A stretch of 64,000 nt of DNA, taken from NCBI GenBank assembly GCA_963663035.1, contig OY760074.1:3530684-3594683 (forward strand), given 5' to 3'. The notes beneath the pieces were generated by a model that was given only the letters and a program-made list of their open reading frames with translations, made no database searches and had not been told where the DNA came from. The DNA comes from Acidobacteriota bacterium (lineage in GTDB: Bacteria; Acidobacteriota; UBA6911; RPQK01; JADFOI01). Below are positions 38,404-48,011 of the stretch, piece after piece; the stretch's first letter is position 1, and each line of letters starts with the position of its first letter. Position numbers and translations under genes: made by a program.

Positions 38404-39445
38404 AACTGTAACTTTTCGAGGGTCTGACCCTTCTGAGTACCTACGGCGTCTTCCCAAGGCGGAATTGCACCTCCACCTGGAAGGATCGGTAACGCCCTCG
38501 AGCCTCCTCGAGTTCAGCCAGAAGTATCAGACGGAATACCGCTCGCTCAGTGAGGAAGAACTCGACCAACAGCTTTTCCAGTACCAGGATTTCTATGCCT
38601 TTCTCGAGACCTATCGAATTGTCTGCGAGCATCTTCGAGAAGCGGACGACTATGTGCAGGTGCTCGACTGGCTGGGAGAATATTTCAGGGAGGAAAACAT
38701 TGGTTATGCTGAGATCATTTACACTCCTTCTATTCCCTGGAAGTTTGAAAGAGACGGAAAAGAGGTTCTCATTGCTCTTCTGGAGAAGAGCCGCGAGCTC
38801 GAGTCAAACCAGGGAACTATTATTCGCTGGATTCTGGATTGCGTGCGTCAGTTTGGGCCCGAGCCAGCCCGGCGAACCGCTGAGCTGGCAGAGGAGTTTC
38901 AGGACCAGGGCGTCGTAGGAATAGGACTTGGCGGTGATGAGAACTCTCTTGAGATGGAGGTGTATAGGGAGATCTTTGCCTGGGCCAAGGCCCATCGGCT
39001 ATTCCTTCATGTCCACGCCGGCGAAGTTGGCGACGCACAACAGGTGTGGGACGCTCTGCTCATCCTGGGAGCCAATCGTATTGGACACGGTATTCAGGCC
39101 GCCCGGGATGCAAAGCTGGTGGAATATCTGCGCCAGCACACGGTTGGCCTTGATGTCTGCCTGACCAGTAACCTCATGACGGGAGCCTGGACTCCCATCT
39201 CGGAGAATCCCTTTGGAATGCTTTTCCAGCGAGGGGTGCCGGTCTCCTTGAATACCGACGACCCAGGGCTCTTCCAAACCTCTTTGACCGAAGAGTTCGA
39301 GAAGGCTGTCCGTTTCTTTCACCTAAATCAGGAAGAAGTTCACCGCATCGTCCTGCAGGGAGTTCACTCATCCTTCCTCCCGCACAAGGAAAAAATGGTC
39401 CTCATGAAGCGGTTTCAGGAAGAGATCCACCGCCTCTCGGCTTGA
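38387..39445 (+). CDS. add: Adenosine/adenine deaminase
   Basis: PKAELHLHLEG, HAGE, RIGHG, SN, NTDDP. Confidence 0.88.
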   Translation: MGSGPETVTFRGSDPSEYLRRLPKAELHLHLEGSVTPSSLLEFSQKYQTEYRSLSEEELDQQLFQYQDFYAFLETYRIVCEHLREADDYVQVLDWLGEYFREENIGYAEIIYTPSIPWKFERDGKEVLIALLEKSRELESNQGTIIRWILDCVRQFGPEPARRTAELAEEFQDQGVVGIGLGGDENSLEMEVYREIFAWAKAHRLFLHVHAGEVGDAQQVWDALLILGANRIGHGIQAARDAKLVEYLRQHTVGLDVCLTSNLMTGAWTPISENPFGMLFQRGVPVSLNTDDPGLFQTSLTEEFEKAVRFFHLNQEEVHRIVLQGVHSSFLPHKEKMVLMKRFQEEIHRLSA

Positions 39446-40595
39446 GGCGGACATGGGTTGCCATGGCCAGAACCTTTCGCCGCAGGGCCTGACTACGGGA
39501 GAGAGCTTTGATCGTCTGGCGGCCTAAAAAAGGATATTGGATGGCAGCAAGCAGCAGCTGGGCCAGTTTAAAGGAGGGCCGAAAGTAGCTCTCGCGCAAC
39601 TGAGTGTATTCACAGAGATCTTGCTCAGAAAGCCTGTCGTTAGCCAGTCGTTCCTTCACTACCAGGCAGGCCAGTTCTGCGTCCTTTAAGGCCAAGGTCA
39701 TACCCTGTCCCGTCACTGGATCGACTGCTCCGGCGGCGTCTCCCACCAGAAGCAGGCGCTGTCCATGACAGCGTGAAATCTCAAGGCTCACAGCACCAGT
39801 GCTTTCCACTGTCCTTTGGGGATAGGGAGTCCTCAGCCGCTCACAGAGTTCCGGGAAGAGCGTCAAATTCTCGAAATAGAGATCCGCTAGTTGAGTCCCC
39901 GGTGAGCGGCGGACTGATCCATAGAGGAGAAGGGTGATCCGAGCCGACCCATTGCCCATGGGGGCAACGTAGGCTTCTCCTTTCTTGCAGCAGTGGACCT
40001 CCACCACGCCTTGTGTGCCTTCCAGTTGGTCGTACAGAGTACGCAGAGCGAATCTTCGAGCGCGCCGCTTTCGGCGGTGAATTCCAAAGCCGTTGTGAAA
40101 TCGCGAGCGGATGCCATCGGCCCCTATGAGCAGCCTTGCAGTGTGGGTCTGTAACTGACCTTGAGAGAGGCCGGTCACCTCCACCTGCTGGGCTCCGGTT
40201 CGAACCGATAGCACGTTGAAGCCTTCACGCAGTTGGACTCCCGGTTCTTGTGCCGCGAATCGAGCCAGTCGTGCATCCAGAATCAGCCGGGGGAGAACCC
40301 AGCCTCGAGCTGTATTGGAAAGTTCACGAAAATTCAGATTCAGGCAGCGGTTCTGGGAAAAGTGGAAGTGGATACCAGAGAAGGCTTGCCCTCCTTCGCC
40401 CTGCAATTCGGAGAGTATTCCCAGCTTGTGCAGGATGTCTGCCCCGGCCGGCATGAGACCCTCTCCACATATCTTTTCTCGGGGGAAGGTGGCCCGTTCA
40501 ACCAGAAGAACATCAGAACCCTGTTGAGCCAGCAAGGCTGCGGTCGTGGAACCGGCCACACCGGCCCCCGCAACGATCACATCAAAATGGGCCAT
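39402..40595 (-). CDS. FAD-dependent oxidoreductase (geranylgeranyl reductase-like)
   Basis: GAGVAG, FPREKICGEG, IGADG, VGDAAGAVDPVTGQG. Confidence 0.87.
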   Translation of the reverse strand: MAHFDVIVAGAGVAGSTTAALLAQQGSDVLLVERATFPREKICGEGLMPAGADILHKLGILSELQGEGGQAFSGIHFHFSQNRCLNLNFRELSNTARGWVLPRLILDARLARFAAQEPGVQLREGFNVLSVRTGAQQVEVTGLSQGQLQTHTARLLIGADGIRSRFHNGFGIHRRKRRARRFALRTLYDQLEGTQGVVEVHCCKKGEAYVAPMGNGSARITLLLYGSVRRSPGTQLADLYFENLTLFPELCERLRTPYPQRTVESTGAVSLEISRCHGQRLLLVGDAAGAVDPVTGQGMTLALKDAELACLVVKERLANDRLSEQDLCEYTQLRESYFRPSFKLAQLLLAAIQYPFLGRQTIKALSRSQALRRKVLAMATHVRLKPRGGGSLPETAS

Positions 40596-40706
40596 GTTGC
40601 CTCTCTTTGTCTGCCAGGGAGGATAGCATGCAGGAAAAATTGCCGCCCTGCACTTTTGAACAACGCGGATGCGTCTAGTAAAGTGAGAGAGAAGAGGAAG
40701 CTCAGC

Positions 40707-40796
40707 GGAGGAGTGGCCGAGTGGTTGAAGGCGGCGGTCTTGAAAACCGCTGTACTCGTAAGGGTACCGTGGGTTCGAATCCTACCTCCTCCGCCA
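40707..40796 (+). tRNA. tRNA-Ser(TGA)
   Basis: GGAGGAG acceptor, anticodon arm GCGGT-CTTGAAA-ACCGC, long variable arm, GGTTCGAATCC, ends GCCA. Confidence 0.96.
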
Positions 40797-40866
40797 AAAC
40801 CCGTTTAGATTCAACCCCTCCGCGCCGATCTCAATTCGCTTTGGAAAATCCAGTCTTCTGCGCTGC

Positions 40867-41161
40867 TCAAGGTAGAGAGGCGATGATGTTCTTGTATTCC
40901 TCTTCTTTGAAAGCCCGAAGGGTTTCGACCTGTACGTTGCCCAAAGACCTGAGAGAGAGTGAGATGTTGGCACCGCTTTCGTCATCGGGTACTTCGATGA
41001 CAGTCACCATGTCATAAGCTCCCAGCGTCATGTGAAAGCTTTTCACCTCACCCTCAGCTGGCCTCCACGGTCTCCTTGAAATTCTGGAGTCGAGAGGGAC
41101 TCTCCCCGAGGTGCTCAATACCTTTATCTGTCCACTTTGGCAGTATGACGAAAGTTGCCAT
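40867..41161 (-). pseudogene. GYD-domain protein with one frameshift
   Basis: MATFVILPKWTDKG...ETVEA in one frame and EGEVKSFHMTLGAYDMV...ETLRAF in another; one extra base near 41061. Confidence 0.8.
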
Positions 41162-41226
41162 GCCATAGCCTCCTTTAAACCGTTCTTGTTTTAGATAACT
41201 GAAGGATCGATCTGGATGGGGAGCTT

Positions 41227-41243
41227 AGCAAAGCCGTTGCCAA
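41227..41243 (-). promoter_or_regulatory. Sigma54 (-24/-12) promoter
   Basis: Minus strand TTGGCAACGGCTTTGCT = GG-N10-GC, about 65 nt upstream of the GYD gene. Confidence 0.55.
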
Positions 41244-41293
41244 TCTGCCACCTTGCGCTGAAAGTTTTCCAATAGACTTTTTGCAAGCGGCGG

Positions 41294-42092
41294 GAGCGTC
41301 TGAGCCTCCACTGGTAATCGGGGAGGCTATCAGCCTATTAACCTCGGTGCCTTTCTTAATGCAGCTCTTGGTGTGGCTATGGGAGGCATTCTGACAGCCT
41401 GGCCTTTAGAGCAAAGCAAGTTTATCATTGGTGCAGAGGCAATGCATCCAATCTCTTCAATAGGAGGTGTCTTATGCCAGCCAGAATGATTATCGCCATG
41501 TTGGCGGCACTGCTAATTCCAATCTCTGCTTACCCTCAGGACGTTAATTCACAGTTGATTGAAGCGGCGAAGAGAGGTGACACGGTCAGTATAAAGGCCC
41601 TGCTCGAGGCGGGAGCCGACGTGAACGCTGAAGATGGCGACGGCGCGACAGCCTTGATATTGGCGGCACAAAAAGGTCACGCTGAACCCGCTCAGGCCCT
41701 GCTTACTGCCGGGGCCGACGTGAGCGCGTGGGATAGGTTGTACGAAACGACGGCTTTAGGGTGGGCGGCAGAAGGAGGTCACAGGGAAACCGTTCAGGCC
41801 TTGCTCGATGCCGGGGCCGACGTGAACGCGAAGGATGGCTACGGAGAGACGGGCTTGATGTCGGCGGCACGAAACAATCACAGGGAAACCGTTCAGGCCC
41901 TGCTCAATGCCGGGGCCGTCGTGAACGCGAAGGGTGAGGACGGCAAAACGGCGTTGATGACTGTCGAGGAGTTGGGTCACGCCGAAATCGTCGAGATGCT
42001 CAAGAAGGCGGGGGCGAAGGAATAGCCTCCGTGACGACCCTCGGACCTGCTGCTGCGGATGAACTTGGAGCCGTGAGCGTCTGAGCCTCCAC
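41294..42092. repeat. 18-bp direct repeat flanking the ankyrin gene
   Basis: GAGCGTCTGAGCCTCCAC at 41294-41311 and 42075-42092. Confidence 0.85.
41474..42025 (+). CDS. Secreted ankyrin-repeat protein
   Basis: Signal peptide; repeated G.TAL..AA..GH.E.VQALL.AGADVN; GGAGG RBS. Confidence 0.93.
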   Translation: MPARMIIAMLAALLIPISAYPQDVNSQLIEAAKRGDTVSIKALLEAGADVNAEDGDGATALILAAQKGHAEPAQALLTAGADVSAWDRLYETTALGWAAEGGHRETVQALLDAGADVNAKDGYGETGLMSAARNNHRETVQALLNAGAVVNAKGEDGKTALMTVEELGHAEIVEMLKKAGAKE

Positions 42093-42162
42093 CTACGTCA
42101 GGCATTGTTTTTTGCCCTCCAGCACTGTAATATCTCTGGCAAATCACTCTGGTAGGGACAAG

Positions 42163-42303
42163 ATGAACTTTTTGGTGGCAATAGGTCTAGTTCTAAGCCT
42201 CATCGTTGTGGGCTTTCTCAATTCCGGTGGCCTGGATTATCTCCTGGTCAAATGGAACTCGCCGAAGACAACAGAAGAGGATGATCCACGTGAGGAAGAC
42301 TAG
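42163..42303 (+). CDS. Small single-TM hypothetical protein
   Basis: 46 aa, hydrophobic N-terminus, acidic tail, AGGGA upstream. Confidence 0.4.
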   Translation: MNFLVAIGLVLSLIVVGFLNSGGLDYLLVKWNSPKTTEEDDPREED

Positions 42304-42397
42304 GTGAGCAGCCGGTAAGGGCCTGTTGGGCTAATCGGGGTCGGTTCGCGTCCCGCTCGGGGAGACAATACCGGCGGGTTCATGACCCAACGGCTTG

Positions 42398-42832
42398 TTA
42401 TGGTTTTGAAAGTTCACACGCTGTTGAGACGGATAATGTCTCAGAAATTGTAGTAACACAACTATATTTCTCTCCCTTCGTCTGAAAGGAGTGGTGCAAC
42501 TCGCTGTCTTTCCACAACAGAAAACCAATTTCACCGCACCATGATTCTGCCGGGTCTGGACAAACCTTCAGACCACCTTCAATATCAATTCGCTGGCGAA
42601 GGAGTAGGACCTGGCTCCCCGCACCTTTAGTGAAGTCTATGACTTCAACCTCCAGGTGCGGCCAAGTTTTTCCCCAAGACAGGACAGCTCTCCGGAACAT
42701 ATTATGACGACCTGGGATACTGTTGGAGACAACTGTTTGAATACCCCAGCCGACGGCTGGTTCCTCCTCGCCTCGTGCAGGCCCAGCGAACCAAAGTGCG
42801 AGAGCTATTGAAATAAGTAGTGTCCCCACCAT
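42398..42832 (-). CDS. Exported hypothetical protein
   Basis: Signal peptide MVGTLLISIALALWFAGPARG; Cys pairs. Confidence 0.65.
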   Translation of the reverse strand: MVGTLLISIALALWFAGPARGEEEPAVGWGIQTVVSNSIPGRHNMFRRAVLSWGKTWPHLEVEVIDFTKGAGSQVLLLRQRIDIEGGLKVCPDPAESWCGEIGFLLWKDSELHHSFQTKGEKYSCVTTISETLSVSTACELSKP

Positions 42833-42978
42833 ACCACCTGCCCTTCATGAACCATGAAAAGGTTTATTCGGACCAGCATAGTATCCTCCGCATATGACGC
42901 AAGAAGAACCTGCCCCACAGCCTGAATATTTTTCAAAAGTTATTGTGGGCGGCAGGAGTCACAGGCGAACCTCTTCGT

Positions 42979-43196
42979 TCAAAGTTCAATCCAATACAAC
43001 TGTACCATCACCCCTCTATTCCGACCCCTTTCGAGTAATCATTCAGCTTCGCGAGCAACTCGTCGAAGTCGTCATACTGGTAGCTAAGCGGGAAAGGGAC
43101 TTAAGGCTCATTGTTCGCAACAAACTCCTCTACGCAATCAATGCATGTCTCTCTGAGGTCTGAACGCGGTAGGACTAGAGATACTTTGTTCTTCAT
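42979..43196 (-). pseudogene. Internally deleted GNAT acetyltransferase remnant (COG3981-like)
   Basis: MKNKVSLVLP...EEF...*VPFPL...DFDELLAKL..YSKGVGIEG, then in another frame VQLYWIEL*. Confidence 0.6.
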
Positions 43197-43381
43197 GTTG
43201 TGGCTTGATGATGATACTGCTTGGCATCGCCTGCAAGTTGCTTTGCCTGCAGGTTAGCCTGCCCTGAGAAGGCTTCAAAAGTTTTGCGTGCAGCATGCGG
43301 CACCTGATGTTGGCGCTGGAGGAGTTCGACGCGCTCGGCTCATTCTCGCCCCACGCCTACCTTGCATCCAGCAATTAATCG

Positions 43382-44020
43382 TCATTGAGAAGCAAGAATG
43401 GTGGGGAGTTCCTGTACCGAGTCTAATACTTTCCAGGCCTTTGAAAAGTCTTGTGATGATGTGAGGCGATTCTTGACAATGATGCAGTCTAGTCCAGCAG
43501 CATGGGCCGCCTGAAGACCTCTCGCAGAATCTTCGATAGCGATTGCCTGAGCAGGGTCAGCATCGAATCGCCGTAGTGCCTCTAGATAGGGGTCTGGATG
43601 AGGTTTGGAATTGGCGTAATCTTCTCTCGTAATGGTGAACTCGATGTAATCAAGCATCTTTCTTGATTGGTGTATGAGATCAAAATCCTCTCGTCTGGCA
43701 GTTGTGACAATCGCCATTCTGTATGTGCGTCCGAGCTCTATGAGTACATCCAGGACCCCATCGATTTCTAAACTCTCAGTCTGAAGATACTCTTGATACT
43801 GGAGGTTCCTTTGCGTTTTCTGGGAGGAAATTTCTTGCTCGGAGGTGCCCTTGTTGCGCGCCAGATCCCAGCATGGGCGACCTTCCGCCATAAACTCAAG
43901 ATATGTCATTTCGTTGAGGCTGACACCGAGCGGAGCCAGTGCTTCGCGTGTAGCGGCGAAATACCACTTCTCAGTGTCTACCAGCACACCATCGTTATCC
44001 CAGAGGACGAATGTTCGCAT
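43382..44020 (-). CDS. HAD-family phosphatase (beta-PGM/CbbY-like)
   Basis: WDNDGVLVDTE, IVTT, KPHPDPY, IEDSARG. Confidence 0.9.
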   Translation of the reverse strand: MRTFVLWDNDGVLVDTEKWYFAATREALAPLGVSLNEMTYLEFMAEGRPCWDLARNKGTSEQEISSQKTQRNLQYQEYLQTESLEIDGVLDVLIELGRTYRMAIVTTARREDFDLIHQSRKMLDYIEFTITREDYANSKPHPDPYLEALRRFDADPAQAIAIEDSARGLQAAHAAGLDCIIVKNRLTSSQDFSKAWKVLDSVQELPTILASQ

Positions 44021-44126
44021 CCTTTTCAAGCCTACATTTTGAACACACAGTCTAACAGCTTGAACTTCGCGAATCATGAGCCATAGCCTTATGCCTCTTC
44101 CACTCTTCGTTCTGGCTACAAGTGTC

Positions 44127-44154
44127 TTGACACAAGTGTGGCGCGTGCTATTCT
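44127..44154 (+). promoter_or_regulatory. Sigma70 promoter with extended -10
   Basis: TTGACA (44127-44132), 16 nt, TGc-TATTCT (44146-44154). Confidence 0.65.
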
Positions 44155-44162
44155 AGGGAGTC

Positions 44163-44237
44163 ATGAAGATCACGGCCCACCACTACAGTTGGATTGTTAC
44201 TCTTCTAAAGCAGACAGGAGAATGCCCAGGGCCTTAG
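44163..44237 (+). CDS. Putative 24-aa leader peptide MKITAHHYSWIVTLLKQTGECPGP
   Basis: ATG at the predicted transcription start; stop codon lies in a segment complementary to the terminator stem. Confidence 0.55.
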   Translation: MKITAHHYSWIVTLLKQTGECPGP

Positions 44238-44261
44238 TCACGCTGCTTGCATAGCTAACCT

Positions 44262-44293
44262 AAAAAGGCCCGATTATTCGGGCCTTTTTTTTT
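44262..44293 (+). terminator. Rho-independent terminator in a 5' leader (attenuator)
   Basis: AAAAAGGCCCGA-TTAT-TCGGGCC followed by T9, 32 nt before the methyltransferase ATG. Confidence 0.88.
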
Positions 44294-44325
44294 GCCCAAA
44301 CAACAAAGAGGTAAGGGTAAACGCC

Positions 44326-45012
44326 ATGGAAAAAGTCAAAGAGCACTTCGAAGATGAAGCCCACAAATTTGATCAGATTATTCGACAACTCACTCCCTAC
44401 TACGATGAAATGCTGGATGCTCTCATTCTTGCTCTTTCCTTTAGTGTGTCCGGGGCAACTCAGGTGATTGATCTCGGTTGTGGCACAGGCACGGTGGCGA
44501 GACGAATCAAAGAGACTTTCCCAAACGCAAGTTTCACCTGTGTTGATATAGCTGAAAACATGCTCGCAATGGCGAAGAGAAAGCTAGGAACTAACGCTCG
44601 ATATCAGCTTGCTGACTTTAGAAGCTATGAGTTCGATGGGACTTACGATCTCGTTGTGTCGTCTCTGGCTCTGCATCATCTGGAAACAGATAAAGAGAAG
44701 AAGATCTTCTATGGAAAAATCTTCAATAGCTTAGCTCCGGGAGGCGCTTTCTTTAACGCTGATGTCATTCTAGCTTCAAGCAGTCGTGTTCAGGAAGGAT
44801 ACATGAAGAAGTGGAAGGACTTCATGCGCAAGCGGGTGTCGGATGATGAAATTGAGAGTAAGTGGATTCCGATTCATCACGAGGAAGACCGACCAGCAAG
44901 ACTTACAGCACAGCTGTCCTGGCTCTGCGACATTGGTTTTACTGAAGTCGATGTCGTCTGGAAGTATTACAACTTTGCAGTTTACGGAGGCAGAAAGGGA
45001 TTAGGAAAATGA
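44326..45012 (+). CDS. Class I SAM-dependent methyltransferase (CmoA-like)
   Basis: IDLGCGTG, VDIAENML, SSLALHHL, PGG.F.NAD, VDVVWKYYNFAVYGG. Confidence 0.9.
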   Translation: MEKVKEHFEDEAHKFDQIIRQLTPYYDEMLDALILALSFSVSGATQVIDLGCGTGTVARRIKETFPNASFTCVDIAENMLAMAKRKLGTNARYQLADFRSYEFDGTYDLVVSSLALHHLETDKEKKIFYGKIFNSLAPGGAFFNADVILASSSRVQEGYMKKWKDFMRKRVSDDEIESKWIPIHHEEDRPARLTAQLSWLCDIGFTEVDVVWKYYNFAVYGGRKGLGK

Positions 45013-45566
45013 ACTCAATTAGGCACTTGAATTTAGACCAACTGAATGAGGGGTTGTCTGAGATTCGCCAATCACCTAAAGACGATGGTGTCCTGAAGGC
45101 CATTGTTTTTCGCCCAGAGGAGAACCAGCGAAGCTCCCCGACTCAATGCCAGCTCAGCCCGGAGCTTGGACTAGCGGGGGATCGCTGGGCAAAGGGTTGT
45201 TGGCTCTCATTGCCAGATGGAAGCCCACATCCTGAAGTCCAGGTCACGATCATGAATGTACGGTCAATTGCTTTAATTGCCCAGCAGGCAGGCCGCTGGT
45301 CCCTTGCTGGGGATAACCTCTACGTCGATTTGGATCTCAGTGATGAGAACCTTCCCTGCGGTCAACGCCTGTCCGTTGGTTCAGTTGTCCTGGAGGTTAC
45401 TGAGAGGCCTCACACTGGGTGCAGCAAGTTTGCCCAGCGGTTTGGAAAAGCCGCCATGAAGTTCGTTAATTCTGCAGAAGGAATCAGACTGCATCTTAGG
45501 GGGATCTACGCCAGGATTGTTCAGGCCGGCACTGTCAGCATTGGTGACAAGGTCAGAAAGATCTGA
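45009..45566 (+). CDS. MOSC-domain protein
   Basis: GLAGDRW, QVTIMN, GDNLYVD, PHTGCSKF..RFG, RGIYAR...G...GD. Confidence 0.88.
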   Translation: MNSIRHLNLDQLNEGLSEIRQSPKDDGVLKAIVFRPEENQRSSPTQCQLSPELGLAGDRWAKGCWLSLPDGSPHPEVQVTIMNVRSIALIAQQAGRWSLAGDNLYVDLDLSDENLPCGQRLSVGSVVLEVTERPHTGCSKFAQRFGKAAMKFVNSAEGIRLHLRGIYARIVQAGTVSIGDKVRKI

Positions 45567-45655
45567 TGTAGAGAAGCTTGTCACTGGTTCTTCTTAAGTG
45601 CACACCAATAGTTTAGTGAGTGAGCTGGAAAATCTAAGAGGCAAGAAAGAGAGAC

Positions 45656-46594
45656 ATGTACTCCAATATAGGCAAGGTGTATCTCTTCCGCTTTTTCAAG
45701 GAAATTCACTTCTTCGGGGCGGTAGGCGTACCCTTCTTTCTGGACTGGCTGCAGGTAAGTTATACGCAGATATTTCTGCTGCAAGCGTGGTTTTCCGGCT
45801 GGGTCTTTCTGCTGGAGATTCCTACCGGGGTTGTGGCAGACAAGCATGGGCGAAAGATATCCCTTCTTCTCGGCGTCTTGAGTATGTTCTCCGCCTGGTT
45901 GCTCTTTGGATTAGTGAGGAACTATTATGCGCTGTATTTCGCTGAGTTCGTAGCTGCAGCAGGGTTCGCCCTCGTTTCCGGAGCGGACAGGGCACTGCTA
46001 TATGACTCCCTGCTAGAAGAGGACAAGAAGGACAAGAAGCTGTATCTCTCCCGGTATGAGGCAGCAGCTACCTTGGCGACGTTGGTCGGGTTTCCCGTTG
46101 GCTCAGCTATCGCGAATTCTTCAATTCTCGAGTATCCTGCCACACTCCCTCTAACTTTTCTTCTTACCGCAGCGACAGCTTTGGTTGCAGCCGTTATTAC
46201 CTGTACTTTGAGAGAGCCGAAACGAAAGACACTTCAAGAGAAGCCGTTACAAGCAGGCATTGAAGGGTTCAAGTTTATCTTCAGAGAGCAACGCTTGCGT
46301 CCGTTTGCACTGAACTCCGTTATTATCGGTGCACTGACTTTCTTTATCTTCTGGTTTTATCAACCGATTCTGGGAGAAGCCAAGGTGTCACTGCGATATT
46401 ATGGACTGGTGGCCGCAGGTTTCAATCTGCTTGGATTTCTCTTACTCCTTAACCTCAGGAGAGTCGAAAACTACTTCTCGATGGAGAGCATCTTGCTCTA
46501 TACCGCTCTCATCCCAGGGATACTGCTGGTTGGAATGGCTGTATTCAACAATGCTCTGTTTGTCATTTTTGCCATTATCGGAGCTGGCGGGTGA
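45656..46594 (+). pseudogene. MFS transporter truncated by IS3
   Basis: LEIPTG.VADK.GRK, SGADRALLYDSL; only about 9 TM segments; stop TGA is the first bases of the IS. Confidence 0.85.
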
Positions 46595-46620
46595 CCTGCC
46601 CCCACGAACGAGTCCACCCT

Positions 46621-47490
46621 CTATGCTAGACCCGGGACCATTTGAAGTCCACTCCAAGGGATTGGATCCAGTGCCTGCGACCTAGGTAGTTTGGCCTCTG
46701 GCGCCGGCGGCCGATAGGCCAAGGCGCTGTGAGGCCGGATCTGATTGTAATCCCTCCGCCAGCGTTCTACCAACACCTTGGCTTCCCCCAGCGTGTCGAA
46801 GATCTCCATGTTCAGCAGCTCATCCCGTAGTTTCCCGTTGAAACTCTCAATGTACCCATTCTCCCAGGGGCTGCCCGGCTCGATGTACAAGGTCCTTACC
46901 CCAACAGCCTGCAGCCAGTCCCGGACCGCCTGTGCCGTAAACTCCGATCCGTTATCGGACCGGATAAACTCAGGCACTCCCCGATCAACGAATAACTCCG
47001 CCAGCCGGTCCAACACGTCTTGGTGATTCATCTGCCGTTTCACATCAATGGCGAGGCACTCTCTGGTGTACTCATCCAGGATCGTCAATAGCCGAAAGGC
47101 TCGCCCATCATGGGTCCGTTCATGCACGAAATCATAGCTCCAGACGTGGTTCTTGCGAGCCGCTCGTAACCGAACACAGGAACCGTCATTAAGCCACAGC
47201 CTCCTTCGTTTCGGCTGTCTGGACGGGACTTTCAGCCCTTCTTGTCTCCACAGCCTCTCCACCCGCTTAGGATTCACCTTCCACCCTTCCCCATGAAGTA
47301 TCGCCGTGACCCGCCGGTAGCCATAACGCCCGTATTGCGTAGCCAACTCCACCATCCGGGCCACCAATCGGGCCTCATCATCGGGAATTTGCCTTTCCCT
47401 TCGCTGGGTCGATCGAACCTGTCCCAGCACTTGGCAGGCCCGACGTTCGGAGACTCGCTCTGCTCCTAATCGCTCTCGTACCCACATCAC
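46621..47490 (-). CDS. IS3 OrfB integrase-core transposase
   Basis: [35 protein letters not shown]. Confidence 0.93.
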   Translation of the reverse strand: MMWVRERLGAERVSERRACQVLGQVRSTQRRERQIPDDEARLVARMVELATQYGRYGYRRVTAILHGEGWKVNPKRVERLWRQEGLKVPSRQPKRRRLWLNDGSCVRLRAARKNHVWSYDFVHERTHDGRAFRLLTILDEYTRECLAIDVKRQMNHQDVLDRLAELFVDRGVPEFIRSDNGSEFTAQAVRDWLQAVGVRTLYIEPGSPWENGYIESFNGKLRDELLNMEIFDTLGEAKVLVERWRRDYNQIRPHSALAYRPPAPEAKLPRSQALDPIPWSGLQMVPGLA

Positions 47491-47513
47491 CGCTCGTCTC
47501 CTGTTCGCCGGGC

Positions 47514-47792
47514 CTAGAAGTTTCCCGAGGACACTTCCTTCAGGATCTGCTTATCCAAAGACAGATCCGCCACCAGCTTCTTCAACCGGGTATTCTCCTT
47601 CTCCAACACCTTCAACCTCTTGGCCTGGTCCAACCGGAGCCCTCCGTACTCTTTGCGCCACCGGTAGTAGGTCTGCTCGCTCACCCCCATCTGCTTCGAC
47701 ACCTGTCCCACCCTCTGTCCTTGGGCCAGACCCACCTCTGCCTCACGCAGCTTCATGATGATCTGTTCTGCCCTAAACCGCTTCCCTGCCAT
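47514..47792 (-). CDS. IS3 OrfA HTH
   Basis: QIIMKLRE...[16 protein letters not shown]...[11 protein letters not shown]. Confidence 0.93.
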   Translation of the reverse strand: MAGKRFRAEQIIMKLREAEVGLAQGQRVGQVSKQMGVSEQTYYRWRKEYGGLRLDQAKRLKVLEKENTRLKKLVADLSLDKQILKEVSSGNF

Positions 47793-48011
47793 CCTTGCCT
47801 CCTTCCTAAACCGGAAATCCTAACATTCAAACTGGACTCGTTTTAGGGGGCAAGGTCACAGCTGGTGTTGACCATAAGTTTGTTGACTTTACGGATGATT
47901 TCTCAACCTGGGTATTTTTTTATGGACCTGAGGGAGGAGAGAAGGAACAGTGATGGTCTCTTCCATAGCCCTTGATCGCCTGACCAGGCTGTTAGGCACT
48001 GTCCTTACCAA

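Larger units (their letters stand above)
46592..47858 (-). mobile_element. IS3-family insertion sequence (IS407-group-like)
   Basis: Imperfect IRs TGACCTGCCCCCACGAACGAGTCCA / TGGACTCGTTTTAGGGGGCAAGGTCA; orfA and orfB; G_GGA_AAC -1 slippery site at 47520-47526. Confidence 0.93.

Noticed and set aside
40707-40796. tRNA with TGA anticodon as tRNA-Sec
   Set aside because: tRNA-Sec has anticodon TCA and an extended acceptor stem; this is an ordinary tRNA-Ser(UGA)
42894-43163. 89-aa plus-strand ORF
   Set aside because: Antisense to the GNAT remnant; no recognisable motif
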